Part shown: piece by piece, positions 30,201 to 37,005 of the stretch
How positions within the stretch are numbered: position 1 is the first letter of the stretch
Layout of the letters: every line of letters starts with the position of its first letter
NCBI GenBank assembly: GCA_963666735.1
Contig: OY762926.1
Span: 512,001-576,000 of the forward strand
Reading direction: 5' to 3'
DNA: 64,000 nt
Source: Gemmatimonadota bacterium
GTDB lineage: Bacteria; Gemmatimonadota; Gemmatimonadetes; Palauibacterales; Palauibacteraceae
Program-made: the position numbers and the translations under genes
The notes under the pieces: generated by a model
The model's database searches: none
Told to the model about the DNA's origin: nothing
What the model saw: the letters and a program-made list of their open reading frames with translations, nothing else

Positions 30201-30361
30201 GACGCACGCTCGAACCCATTCTGGAGGTCTTCAACCTGACGGGCGCCGACAACTTCCTCGACACCGCCCAGACCGGACTCCTGTTCAACTTCGACGGCGC
30301 CATCCGGAGCGGCCTCGGCGACACCCGCCGCGCCCAACTCGGCGTCCGCGTCCGCTTCTGA
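27281..30361 (+). CDS. TonB-dependent receptor, Oar-like, with N-terminal carboxypeptidase-regulatory-like domain
   Basis: Signal peptide; 'TTGVIRGVVRDP.G.PVAGA.V', 'LPNNGRNFLD', 'VDGADFNN', 'AEFGRSAGG.VN.ITKSGTNEF.GS', 'TLNLGVRWE', 'NFQPRLGLAWD'; C-terminal Phe. Confidence 0.92.
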   Translation: MRPCRVPASRRGSTLLFAVLALGCAAAADAAAQAQATTGVIRGVVRDPVGVPVAGAAVVIEHRATGFTTTVVTGSNGAFARTLLPLGIYDVTARALGQFGDERTEGLVLRVGEILDLVLAFRPVAVSEITVTADRTPLVDTEDPSSTHRLAEEVVDNLPNNGRNFLDYTLLTPGVSVSQGPDGEVLNIGGQRGIFNNVSVDGADFNNPFFGEQRGGQRPAFTFNQDAIEELVVVNQGAPAEFGRSAGGFVNVITKSGTNEFTGSAHYFGQWDAISTAYPSERGGGKPEFGRGQFGFTLGGPIARDKAFFFVAYDQQEASETKQFARNVVNRSELAKLENFLQTQWPGLFDDEFGPIHRTDDNRALVATLDFNLSDRHQASFKYNYTWSQQANGTFDVDSWGLSANGLEEDFSHAINASLRSQLSNTISNEFRVQYAREDRPRGYDGPLIPGSAPPPQPAFGAIGGRPFPDIAMDFADGFRIGMPFFLPIDPGYDHRIQLVDNLSFLAGDHLLKVGAEYNRTGAGQQFIGFANGLYKFSSVDGFMNFVTQGNRYVTCSDGSDSTEGVCPPGTAITGPVLLYLQALALGNTPADQLGLQDFSMHELGLFIQDTWRPRDNLTLNLGVRWEGSWHPGMFIDPADTFYGPWIGTPGFPSDGTIPDDLDNFQPRLGLAWDPGDDGRTLVRLNAGSYFSRIPMLVFAQHRTTNGAFQGTQFAASDATFLPPPPQIGEFLTPPPPGTPPFQPGVNIADRNLELPRTWSFNVAVERALSENTAVTVSLQHARTDNLFRFVDRNAAELGAPFAEGANGLGTVTVTESSARSRYNAITLGLHGDAALDGRLSFEANYTLGFDRSDDDNERDPFNFFYATATDFEPEYHWSIRDRRHQMTGFLLFNLGRGVLLNHVFRYLSASPMSESCGPTEANPLAAPAGQRAGAPADRVCADGSVLRRNTLRRENDFFTWDLRLSKAFDIGGGRTLEPILEVFNLTGADNFLDTAQTGLLFNFDGAIRSGLGDTRRAQLGVRVRF

Positions 30362-30384
30362 CAGTGTGTCGCGGCAACGCGCCG

Positions 30385-30585
30385 ATCCGGCGACGTCTCG
30401 GACCGGAGGCCGAAACCGAGTTCGTCGTCCTGGGCGAAGACGGCACCGTAGGGCTCAAGGTGGTCGACCCACCTTCCATGCGTGAGTTCGATGGCATCGT
30501 TGCGCGGGCCAGGGAAGACGCGCGCCGCGTCGGGCTCCGTCGCTCTTATATCGCCGCGGCAATCGAGGCCGTGCGATCGGCTTGA
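30385..30585 (+). pseudogene. 5'-truncated AbrB/MazE/SpoVT-type antitoxin remnant
   Basis: 'IRRRLGPEAETEFVVLGEDGTVGLKVVDPPSMREFDGIVARAREDARRVGLRRSYIAAAIEAVRSA*' matches the C-terminal two-thirds of AbrB-type antitoxins; the N-terminal 'SSKGQ.VIP' part and a start are missing. Confidence 0.6.
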
Positions 30586-30743
30586 GGATCGTTCCGGACA
30601 CGAATGCGTTCGTGTCCGGCGTGTTCTGCACAGGGCTAAGACTGCCGATTTGGCGGACCCTGAAGCGACTCCGGGCGGACTCCGTCCCGGCGGCAGTCTC
30701 CCCAACCCCGGTCCTGCAACGATGGCGGCCATCGCCCCGATGA
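30582..30743 (+). pseudogene. 3'-truncated PIN-family (VapC-like) toxin remnant
   Basis: TTG overlapping the antitoxin TGA reads MRIVPDTNAFVSGVF, like the PIN start 'MR.V.DTN..VS.'; similarity lost after about 20 codons. Confidence 0.6.
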
Positions 30744-31024
30744 TCGAGCTCCCGACCATCATTCACCGCGCCCCGGGCCGTCGCCGCGCGGACCTCGACT
30801 TCGACCGGCTGTTCAACGGTTTGCTCGACCTCGATCGCGCAAACCGCTCCGTGGCGGCCGCGGATCTGTACGAGACCGAGGAGGGTTACGGCCTCGAACT
30901 CGAACTGCCCGGGTTCACGGAGGCCGAGATCGACGTCACCGTCGACCGCGGTGTGCTCACGGTCGAGCTGCCGAAGTCACCGGAGGCGAAGCCGCACCGC
31001 GTCGCCGTAGGCAGCGCGAATTAG
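30740..31024 (+). pseudogene. Hsp20/alpha-crystallin protein with internal deletion
   Basis: 'ADLYETEEGYGLELELPGF...IDVTVDRGVLTVELPKSPEAKPHRVAV': the first GVLT motif is joined directly to the C-terminal GVL..LPK segment. Confidence 0.7.
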
Positions 31025-31066
31025 AAGCCTCCGCACGGTGCCCTCCATCGGGGCGCCACGGTGCGC

Positions 31067-31099
31067 GAAGAGGGCTGGGGACACCCCCGGCCCCTTCTT
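31067..31099 (+). terminator. Putative intrinsic terminator after the hsp20 remnant
   Basis: GAAGAGGGCTGGGG-ACAC-CCCCGGCCCCTTC hairpin followed by a short T tract. Confidence 0.4.
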
Positions 31100-31288
31100 G
31101 CTCCACCTCCTCCACGAAGACGCTGGGCGTCGGATCGGGCCACGTCCGCCGAAGCGCTCGAAAGTGGTCCACCAATCGGGCTTGCGACCCATGGGATGGA
31201 TTCGTAATTCAATCAACACCAGAAAGAGCTGACGGATTGGCAGCGGCTCGCTTCGCCGCTTCCGCCCCTCCAGCCGAAGGAGCGCCGC

Positions 31289-34200
31289 ATGAAACGCATC
31301 GGTTTTCGCACCATTGGAGCATGGGGAGTGGCCGCGGCCGCGCTCGCGTGCCTTGCACCGGGCCTGAGCGGCCAGAGCGCGGGCAGTATCGCGGGCCGAG
31401 TGATCGAAGAAGGCTCCCTCCGACCTCTATCGTCCGTGCAGGTGTTCATCGAAGGCTCGGGCATCGGCACCTTCACCAACGCGAGCGGAGACTTCGTGCT
31501 GCTCAACGTACCCGTCGGCGAGCAGACGGTCGTCGCCCGCCTGGTCGGTTACCGCGAGGCCTCCGAAACCGTGACGGTCGCGGCAGGGGAGACCCTGACG
31601 CTCGACGTGGCCCTCAACGTCACCGCGGTCCAAATGGACGAGATCGTCGTGACGGGGACCGGCGTCGCAACCGAGAAACGCAAGCTCGGCCACACGATCG
31701 CGACTCTGAACACCGCGGAACTCGAGAACGCGCCCATCTCCGACTTCAGCCAGCTCATCGCGGGCCGCGAACCCGGAGTGGTGGCGCTGCCCTCGTCGGG
31801 CTACACGGGCGAAGGCGCCCGCATCCGCATCCGCGGGTCGGCGTCGCTGTCGCAGCTGAACGAACCCATCGTCTTCGTTGACGGAATCCGCGTGGACCGC
31901 TCATCCGTGCAGAGCTTCAACGGGCAGGGCAGCCCCTCCCGCCTCGACGACATCCCGCCCGAGTCCATCGAGCGCGTCGAGATCGCGAAGGGCGCCGCGG
32001 CCGCGACCCTGTACGGGACGGAGGCCTCGAACGGCGTGATCCAGATCTTCACGAAGCGCGGCAGTGCGGGCGCCCCGCGCTTCACGTTCCGCACCGACCT
32101 GACCGCGATCTCCGTGCCGACCAACCGCATCCTGCCGGTCGCCGACTTCGCCGGCCGCGTCTGCTCCAGTCCCGGATGCACGGGAGAAGGCGACGCGCAG
32201 CGGCTGGCGGACGCCGTCAACGTGATGTCGACGCGCTGGGGACAGCCTGTGTCGCCCTGGGATCCGGTCGAGCGCGACCTGATTCCCGATCTGCTCACCA
32301 CCGGATTCGGCCAAACCTACTCCGGATCCCTGCAGGGTGGGTCGAGCGTGTTCCAGTACTTCGCCTCCGGGCGCCTCGCCACCGAGGACGGGCCCTACGA
32401 CGCGGCGCGGAACTTCGATACGGTGGAAGGGCTGGACCCCGAGAACGACACGAACCGCCGCGCATCGATCCACACCAACTTCACACTGATCCCCAGCAGC
32501 GATCTGCGCATCGGCGTGACCACGCTCTATTCGGACATGGAGCACCACACGCCCGACAACTCGAACAACATCTACGGCGTGTTCTCATCGGCGCTCATGT
32601 CGCAGCTCCGGCTCGCGAACGCCGACCCGGAACTCGGGCAGATCAACTACTACGGCCAGCCGGCGTTCGCCACGCTGCGGGAGAACGCCTACCAGCTGAA
32701 CTTCGTGAACTCGCAGCACTTCGCGGGATCCACGAACATCGACTTCTCGCCGTCCGACGCGTTCACCCTCGCCGGAACGTTCGGAATCGACTTCACGTCC
32801 GACGACGCGGTCAGCTTCCGGCCCTACCGGTGGAACGTGGACGGTTTTTCGGGCTCGACCCCCGACGGGAACAGGAACGTCAACGAGAACCGTAGCCGGG
32901 AGATCACGGCCGACATCAGAGGGTCGCACCTCTTCACCACCGACCGGCTTGAGAACACGCTGTTGTTCGGCGGTCAGGGATTCCTGCGCCAGGCGCAGTC
33001 GGCAGGGGGCAGCGGACGCGACTTCCCCGGTCCCGGCCTGGAGACGCTTTCGGCGCTCGGCTCCGAGTCCTCGTACGAAGAATGGCTCCGGGTGACGCAG
33101 ATCGGCGGCTACGTGCAGGACCAGGTCGGATGGGACAACTGGCTCTTCCTGACCGTGGGCGCTCGCTGGGACGCCAACTCGGCGTTCGGCGAGGCGTTCA
33201 ACACCGCCGTCTACCCCAAGGCCAATTTCTCGATCGTGCCGAGCGAACGCTGGGACAGCGAGCTCTTCTCGTCGATGCGGATCAAGGGGGCCTACGGCAC
33301 GTCCGGGTTGCAGCCGGGCGCCTTCGACAAGTTCACGACCTTCTCGTCGCTCGGCACCGAGGTGGGTCCCGGCGTCCAGCCGTCGAATCTCGGCAACGAA
33401 CAGCTGAAGCCCGAGGTGTCCACGGAATTGGAGATCGGAATCGACCTGGGCCTCTTCAACGACCGGTGGTCCGTCGTGGCGACCTGGTGGGACCGGGTGG
33501 TCACCGACGCCATGGTGGCGCGCCAGTTCCCGGTGACGGGCGGCTTCACGCAGACGCAGCTCGACAACATCGGCGAGGTCACGGCCCGCGGGCTCGAGTT
33601 GGGTATCCGCGGCAACCTGATCCAGGCGCGGGACATCTCGCTCAACGTCTTCGCGAACACCGCCTTCCTGTCCGAGGAGATCACGGACATGGGGGGCGCG
33701 CCTCCCCTCAAGACCGGCGGCAGCTATCCGCGGTACCGCAACTATCTGGTGGAGGGCTTCACCCCGGGCGCCTTCTTCGGTGCCAGGGTCGCCGATGTGG
33801 CGATCCCGCTGAACATTCTCGATCCGGTTGACGGCCAGTGCCTCGTGCCGACGCGCGATCAGGCGCTCGCGTACTTCAGCCAGCCGCGCAACCCCAACAG
33901 CTTCAAGCCGCTCGCGATCGGCAACGAGGACTTCGGAATGCCCAACGGCGAGTTGGCGTCGCACAACTGCGGGACCGGATTGCTCGACACCCACCTCGGT
34001 GATCCCACCCCGGACTACGCGGGCTCCTTCGGCTTCGACCTCGCGTTCCTGGGCAACTTCCAGTTGACGTCGCTCATGGAGTACAAGATCGGTCACCAGG
34101 TGCAGGATCTCTCGGGCATGTTCCGGCGCGCCAACAATTTCATCGGGCGCAATACGCCGCGGTCGGCCGAGCTGTACTCCACGATGCTGAACCCGGGCTC

Positions 34201-34561
34201 CACGGCGGAGCAGCGGCTCGATGCGGCGGTCGCGTGGGCCCATGAGGTCGAGGGTCTCTCGCCGATGTCCGGCATGAACGGGGTCTACGACGCCGACTGG
34301 ATCCAGTGGCGCGAGCTGTCGCTCAGCTATCGGGTGCCGTCATCCGTCATCGAGCGCTGGGGCTTCTCGGCCGCCACGGTGAACATGGGCGTGCGCAACC
34401 TGCTGCTCTTCATGCTGGGCGACTACCCCGGCATGGACCCGGAGGGCAACGTCCTCGGGCGCTGCAACGGAGGCCTCGACTGCAACTTCCTGAATTCGAC
34501 GGAAGGCTGGGGCATTCCGGTCCCGCGGCGCTTCACGATGTCCGTCCGCCTCACCCTCTAG
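31289..34561 (+). CDS. SusC/RagA-family TonB-dependent outer-membrane transporter
   Basis: Signal peptide, CarboxypepD-like N-domain, 'MDEIVVTGTG', 'IRIRGSASL', 'PIVFVDGIR', 'DIPPESIERVEIAKGAAAATLYGTEASNGVIQIFTKRG', 'GNEQLKPE'. Confidence 0.95.
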   Translation: MKRIGFRTIGAWGVAAAALACLAPGLSGQSAGSIAGRVIEEGSLRPLSSVQVFIEGSGIGTFTNASGDFVLLNVPVGEQTVVARLVGYREASETVTVAAGETLTLDVALNVTAVQMDEIVVTGTGVATEKRKLGHTIATLNTAELENAPISDFSQLIAGREPGVVALPSSGYTGEGARIRIRGSASLSQLNEPIVFVDGIRVDRSSVQSFNGQGSPSRLDDIPPESIERVEIAKGAAAATLYGTEASNGVIQIFTKRGSAGAPRFTFRTDLTAISVPTNRILPVADFAGRVCSSPGCTGEGDAQRLADAVNVMSTRWGQPVSPWDPVERDLIPDLLTTGFGQTYSGSLQGGSSVFQYFASGRLATEDGPYDAARNFDTVEGLDPENDTNRRASIHTNFTLIPSSDLRIGVTTLYSDMEHHTPDNSNNIYGVFSSALMSQLRLANADPELGQINYYGQPAFATLRENAYQLNFVNSQHFAGSTNIDFSPSDAFTLAGTFGIDFTSDDAVSFRPYRWNVDGFSGSTPDGNRNVNENRSREITADIRGSHLFTTDRLENTLLFGGQGFLRQAQSAGGSGRDFPGPGLETLSALGSESSYEEWLRVTQIGGYVQDQVGWDNWLFLTVGARWDANSAFGEAFNTAVYPKANFSIVPSERWDSELFSSMRIKGAYGTSGLQPGAFDKFTTFSSLGTEVGPGVQPSNLGNEQLKPEVSTELEIGIDLGLFNDRWSVVATWWDRVVTDAMVARQFPVTGGFTQTQLDNIGEVTARGLELGIRGNLIQARDISLNVFANTAFLSEEITDMGGAPPLKTGGSYPRYRNYLVEGFTPGAFFGARVADVAIPLNILDPVDGQCLVPTRDQALAYFSQPRNPNSFKPLAIGNEDFGMPNGELASHNCGTGLLDTHLGDPTPDYAGSFGFDLAFLGNFQLTSLMEYKIGHQVQDLSGMFRRANNFIGRNTPRSAELYSTMLNPGSTAEQRLDAAVAWAHEVEGLSPMSGMNGVYDADWIQWRELSLSYRVPSSVIERWGFSAATVNMGVRNLLLFMLGDYPGMDPEGNVLGRCNGGLDCNFLNSTEGWGIPVPRRFTMSVRLTL

Positions 34562-34582
34562 ATCCAAGCGGGAGACCATACC

Positions 34583-35914
34583 ATGAGGAATCGAAATATG
34601 AAGGCCCGGTTGGCCACGCCTCTGCTGGCCGCTTTCGCGCTCGGGTGCGGCGACCTGCTGGACGTCAACAACCCCAACGACCTGGTCGAAGAGGACATCC
34701 GCAAGGAAGCCGCCGCCGCCGCCGTCGTGAACGGCACGCTCACGCTCGTGGCGTCTTCCGTCTCGCAATCCTGGCAGCCGTACCTGGTGGCGTCCGACGA
34801 GATGCGCTGGATCGGCTCCAGGGATGCCTGGCTCTCGCTCGATCTCGGATTCGTGGACGATCCGCTGAACGAGTTCATCGATGGTCCGTTCCCGGCCATG
34901 GGACAGGCTCGGTGGATGAGCGACGAAGCCATCGAAATCCTGCAGGGGCATCACGATAACAACCCATCCAATTCGATCAAGACCGACCTGGCGCGCGCGT
35001 ACATGTACTCCGGCATCATCTACATGGTGATCGGGGAGATCCAGGAGGATTACGCGTTCTCGGACAAGACGGAGAGCGGACCTCCGGTGGGACCGGCCAA
35101 CATGGCTCAGGTTCTGGACGGCGCGATCGACAGGTTCTCCTCGGCCATCTCGGGCTTCAACGAGGTCGGCGCCACGGACATGGCGACCCGGGCCAGGGCT
35201 CTCCGTGCTCGCGCCCGGCAGTCCCGGGCGATCTGGGACGCGATCAACCCGTCGCCATCCGGGAACGGGCTGGTGTCCTCCGCCGAGGCCGGGGCGGACG
35301 CCAGCGCGGTGCTGGCGAGCGTCAGCGCGGACTGGACCCACAACCTGACGTTCTCGAGCGCCAGCGTCGCCAACTCGATGGCGTCCTGGGTCAACGACCG
35401 CAAGGAGAACCAGATCGACCTCTCGATCGCCACGGTGGACGACCAGAACGACATCAACGGGATCGCGCTCAAGGATCCCATCGATGGCGTCGACGACCCG
35501 GCCGTCATCAAGTGGCTGAATCAGTGGAAGGGGGGCGACTATCTCGACAAGGGCGGGATCTATCCGCCCCTGACGCTTGCCTCGGCCCGGATGATGCACC
35601 TGATTCTGGCCGAGAACGCGCTGGCGGGCGGGGATTCCAATGGCTTCGCCACGCACATCAATCACATCCGCGCGCTGGACGGCGTGACCCCGTACGACGG
35701 CCAGATCCCCGAGATGGAGATGCTCCAGCACACGCGCCGGGTGAACGTGCTGCTGCAGGGCCTGCGGCTGGCGGACATGTACAGGTGGGGACTCACGGAT
35801 CCCAAGTGGCAGGGCGCCTCGGCCGCGACGTCCGCGCCGGGCACGATGCTCCCGATTTCCATCATCGAACTGCGGGCGAACTGCCACCTGAACGGCCTGG
35901 GTTGCGGAGGTTGA
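34583..35914 (+). CDS. SusD/RagB-like surface lipoprotein
   Basis: Lipobox 'ALGC-GDLLDVNNPN'; 'MHLILAE', 'INHIRA', 'LLQGLRLADMYRWG', 'LPISIIE..AN' typical of SusD C-termini; follows SusC. Confidence 0.88.
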   Translation: MRNRNMKARLATPLLAAFALGCGDLLDVNNPNDLVEEDIRKEAAAAAVVNGTLTLVASSVSQSWQPYLVASDEMRWIGSRDAWLSLDLGFVDDPLNEFIDGPFPAMGQARWMSDEAIEILQGHHDNNPSNSIKTDLARAYMYSGIIYMVIGEIQEDYAFSDKTESGPPVGPANMAQVLDGAIDRFSSAISGFNEVGATDMATRARALRARARQSRAIWDAINPSPSGNGLVSSAEAGADASAVLASVSADWTHNLTFSSASVANSMASWVNDRKENQIDLSIATVDDQNDINGIALKDPIDGVDDPAVIKWLNQWKGGDYLDKGGIYPPLTLASARMMHLILAENALAGGDSNGFATHINHIRALDGVTPYDGQIPEMEMLQHTRRVNVLLQGLRLADMYRWGLTDPKWQGASAATSAPGTMLPISIIELRANCHLNGLGCGG

Positions 35915-36387
35915 CCCGGTGGGGGAGGCGGCGGTCCACAGCCGCCGTCTCCTCCCCCTTTATGGGGCTGTCGCTCCTGCCGGCGGTGGTCGCCCTCGGC
36001 GGCTGCTCGGCGATTCTCGATGACCTGACGCCCGAGAACATCTATTTCGAGATGCGGGGCGAGGCGGGCGACCGGGTACGGGTGATCTACTCCACGCAGT
36101 TCGTGGCCGGCCTCAACGAGTTCGGCGTGACGCGGGTGCAGGTGGTCCGGTCGGATACGATCATCCACGAGATCCCCTTCGAGAGAGCCGTCGATATTTC
36201 CATCGACCGGCGGTGGTTCGTGCAGGCGGAGTCGCTGGGCACGGATACTCTTGCCGTCCAGGTCATCGTGGACGTGGACGACCGGGGTCTCGTGAACGAG
36301 TCCGGCGGCATCTTTCCGGGTGAACCCTGGCACTTCGTCTACTCGTTCAACCAACTCCTGACGCGAGATCTCGATGTTGCCTTCTGA
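35911..36387 (+). CDS. Hypothetical lipoprotein (beta-rich)
   Basis: TTG overlapping the susD stop (alternative ATG 35962); lipobox 'LGGC'. Confidence 0.7.
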   Translation: MTRWGRRRSTAAVSSPFMGLSLLPAVVALGGCSAILDDLTPENIYFEMRGEAGDRVRVIYSTQFVAGLNEFGVTRVQVVRSDTIIHEIPFERAVDISIDRRWFVQAESLGTDTLAVQVIVDVDDRGLVNESGGIFPGEPWHFVYSFNQLLTRDLDVAF

Positions 36388-36934
36388 CTCTCTGCCGGCC
36401 GAGCGAGCGCGGCCACGCGGGGTCGTCGCCCTGCTGTGGGTCGTACTCGCCGTCTCGGGGTGCTACTCCTACCGCCTCGTCGAGGACGCTCCCGTGGGCG
36501 CCGTGGCCAGGCTGCGCGTGCCGATCCAGTCCGCCATCGTCGATCCCAACTCCCCTTCCGAGACGGTCGCGGTCGAGGGGAAGATCGTCAGCGTGGGAGA
36601 CACGATCTGGTTCGAGGCGAGCACGCGGCATGCTGTCGGTCTGTTCCGCGACGTCGTGCAGTACGACACGCTGCGCGTGGCCCGGGATGGTCTCGCGAGC
36701 ATCGAGGTGCGCGAATTCTCGACGACGAAGAGCGTGCTGCTCGGGGCCGGACTCGCGGCGGGAACGGCGGCCCTGGCTGCCGCCGCGGCGGGGGTCGGGG
36801 GAGGTCAGGCCGGCGCGGGGCCGGGCGGAGACGCTCCCCAGACCTCCACCACGGTGAGCGTCTCGGTGCCGGCGAGCGGGATCGGCCAATGGCTCGGGCG
36901 CGTGCTACCCTCCATCCTGGGACTGAGGCCCTGA
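36374..36934 (+). CDS. Hypothetical lipoprotein with C-terminal hydrophobic/Gly-rich segment
   Basis: Lipobox 'VSGCYSYRLV'; Sm-like beta region; 'STTKSVLLGAGLAAGTAALAAA'. Confidence 0.7.
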   Translation: MLPSDSLPAERARPRGVVALLWVVLAVSGCYSYRLVEDAPVGAVARLRVPIQSAIVDPNSPSETVAVEGKIVSVGDTIWFEASTRHAVGLFRDVVQYDTLRVARDGLASIEVREFSTTKSVLLGAGLAAGTAALAAAAAGVGGGQAGAGPGGDAPQTSTTVSVSVPASGIGQWLGRVLPSILGLRP

Positions 36935-36997
36935 CGGGGCCCGCCCCCCGAGACCTTGAGGCGGCCGGCCCGCTGAGACCCTGACGGGCCGCGGCCC
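36923..36997 (+). repeat. Degenerate 25-bp tandem repeat x3 spanning the stop codon at 36932-36934
   Basis: ctgaggccctgacggggcccgcccc / ccgagaccttgaggcggccggcccg / ctgagaccctgacgggccgcggccc. Confidence 0.65.
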
Positions 36998-37005
36998 CGC
37001 ACGGC

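Noticed and set aside
19493..36997. CRISPR array reading of the short repeats at 19493, 27001 and 36923
   Set aside because: Contiguous tandem units with no unique spacers; no cas genes in the window.
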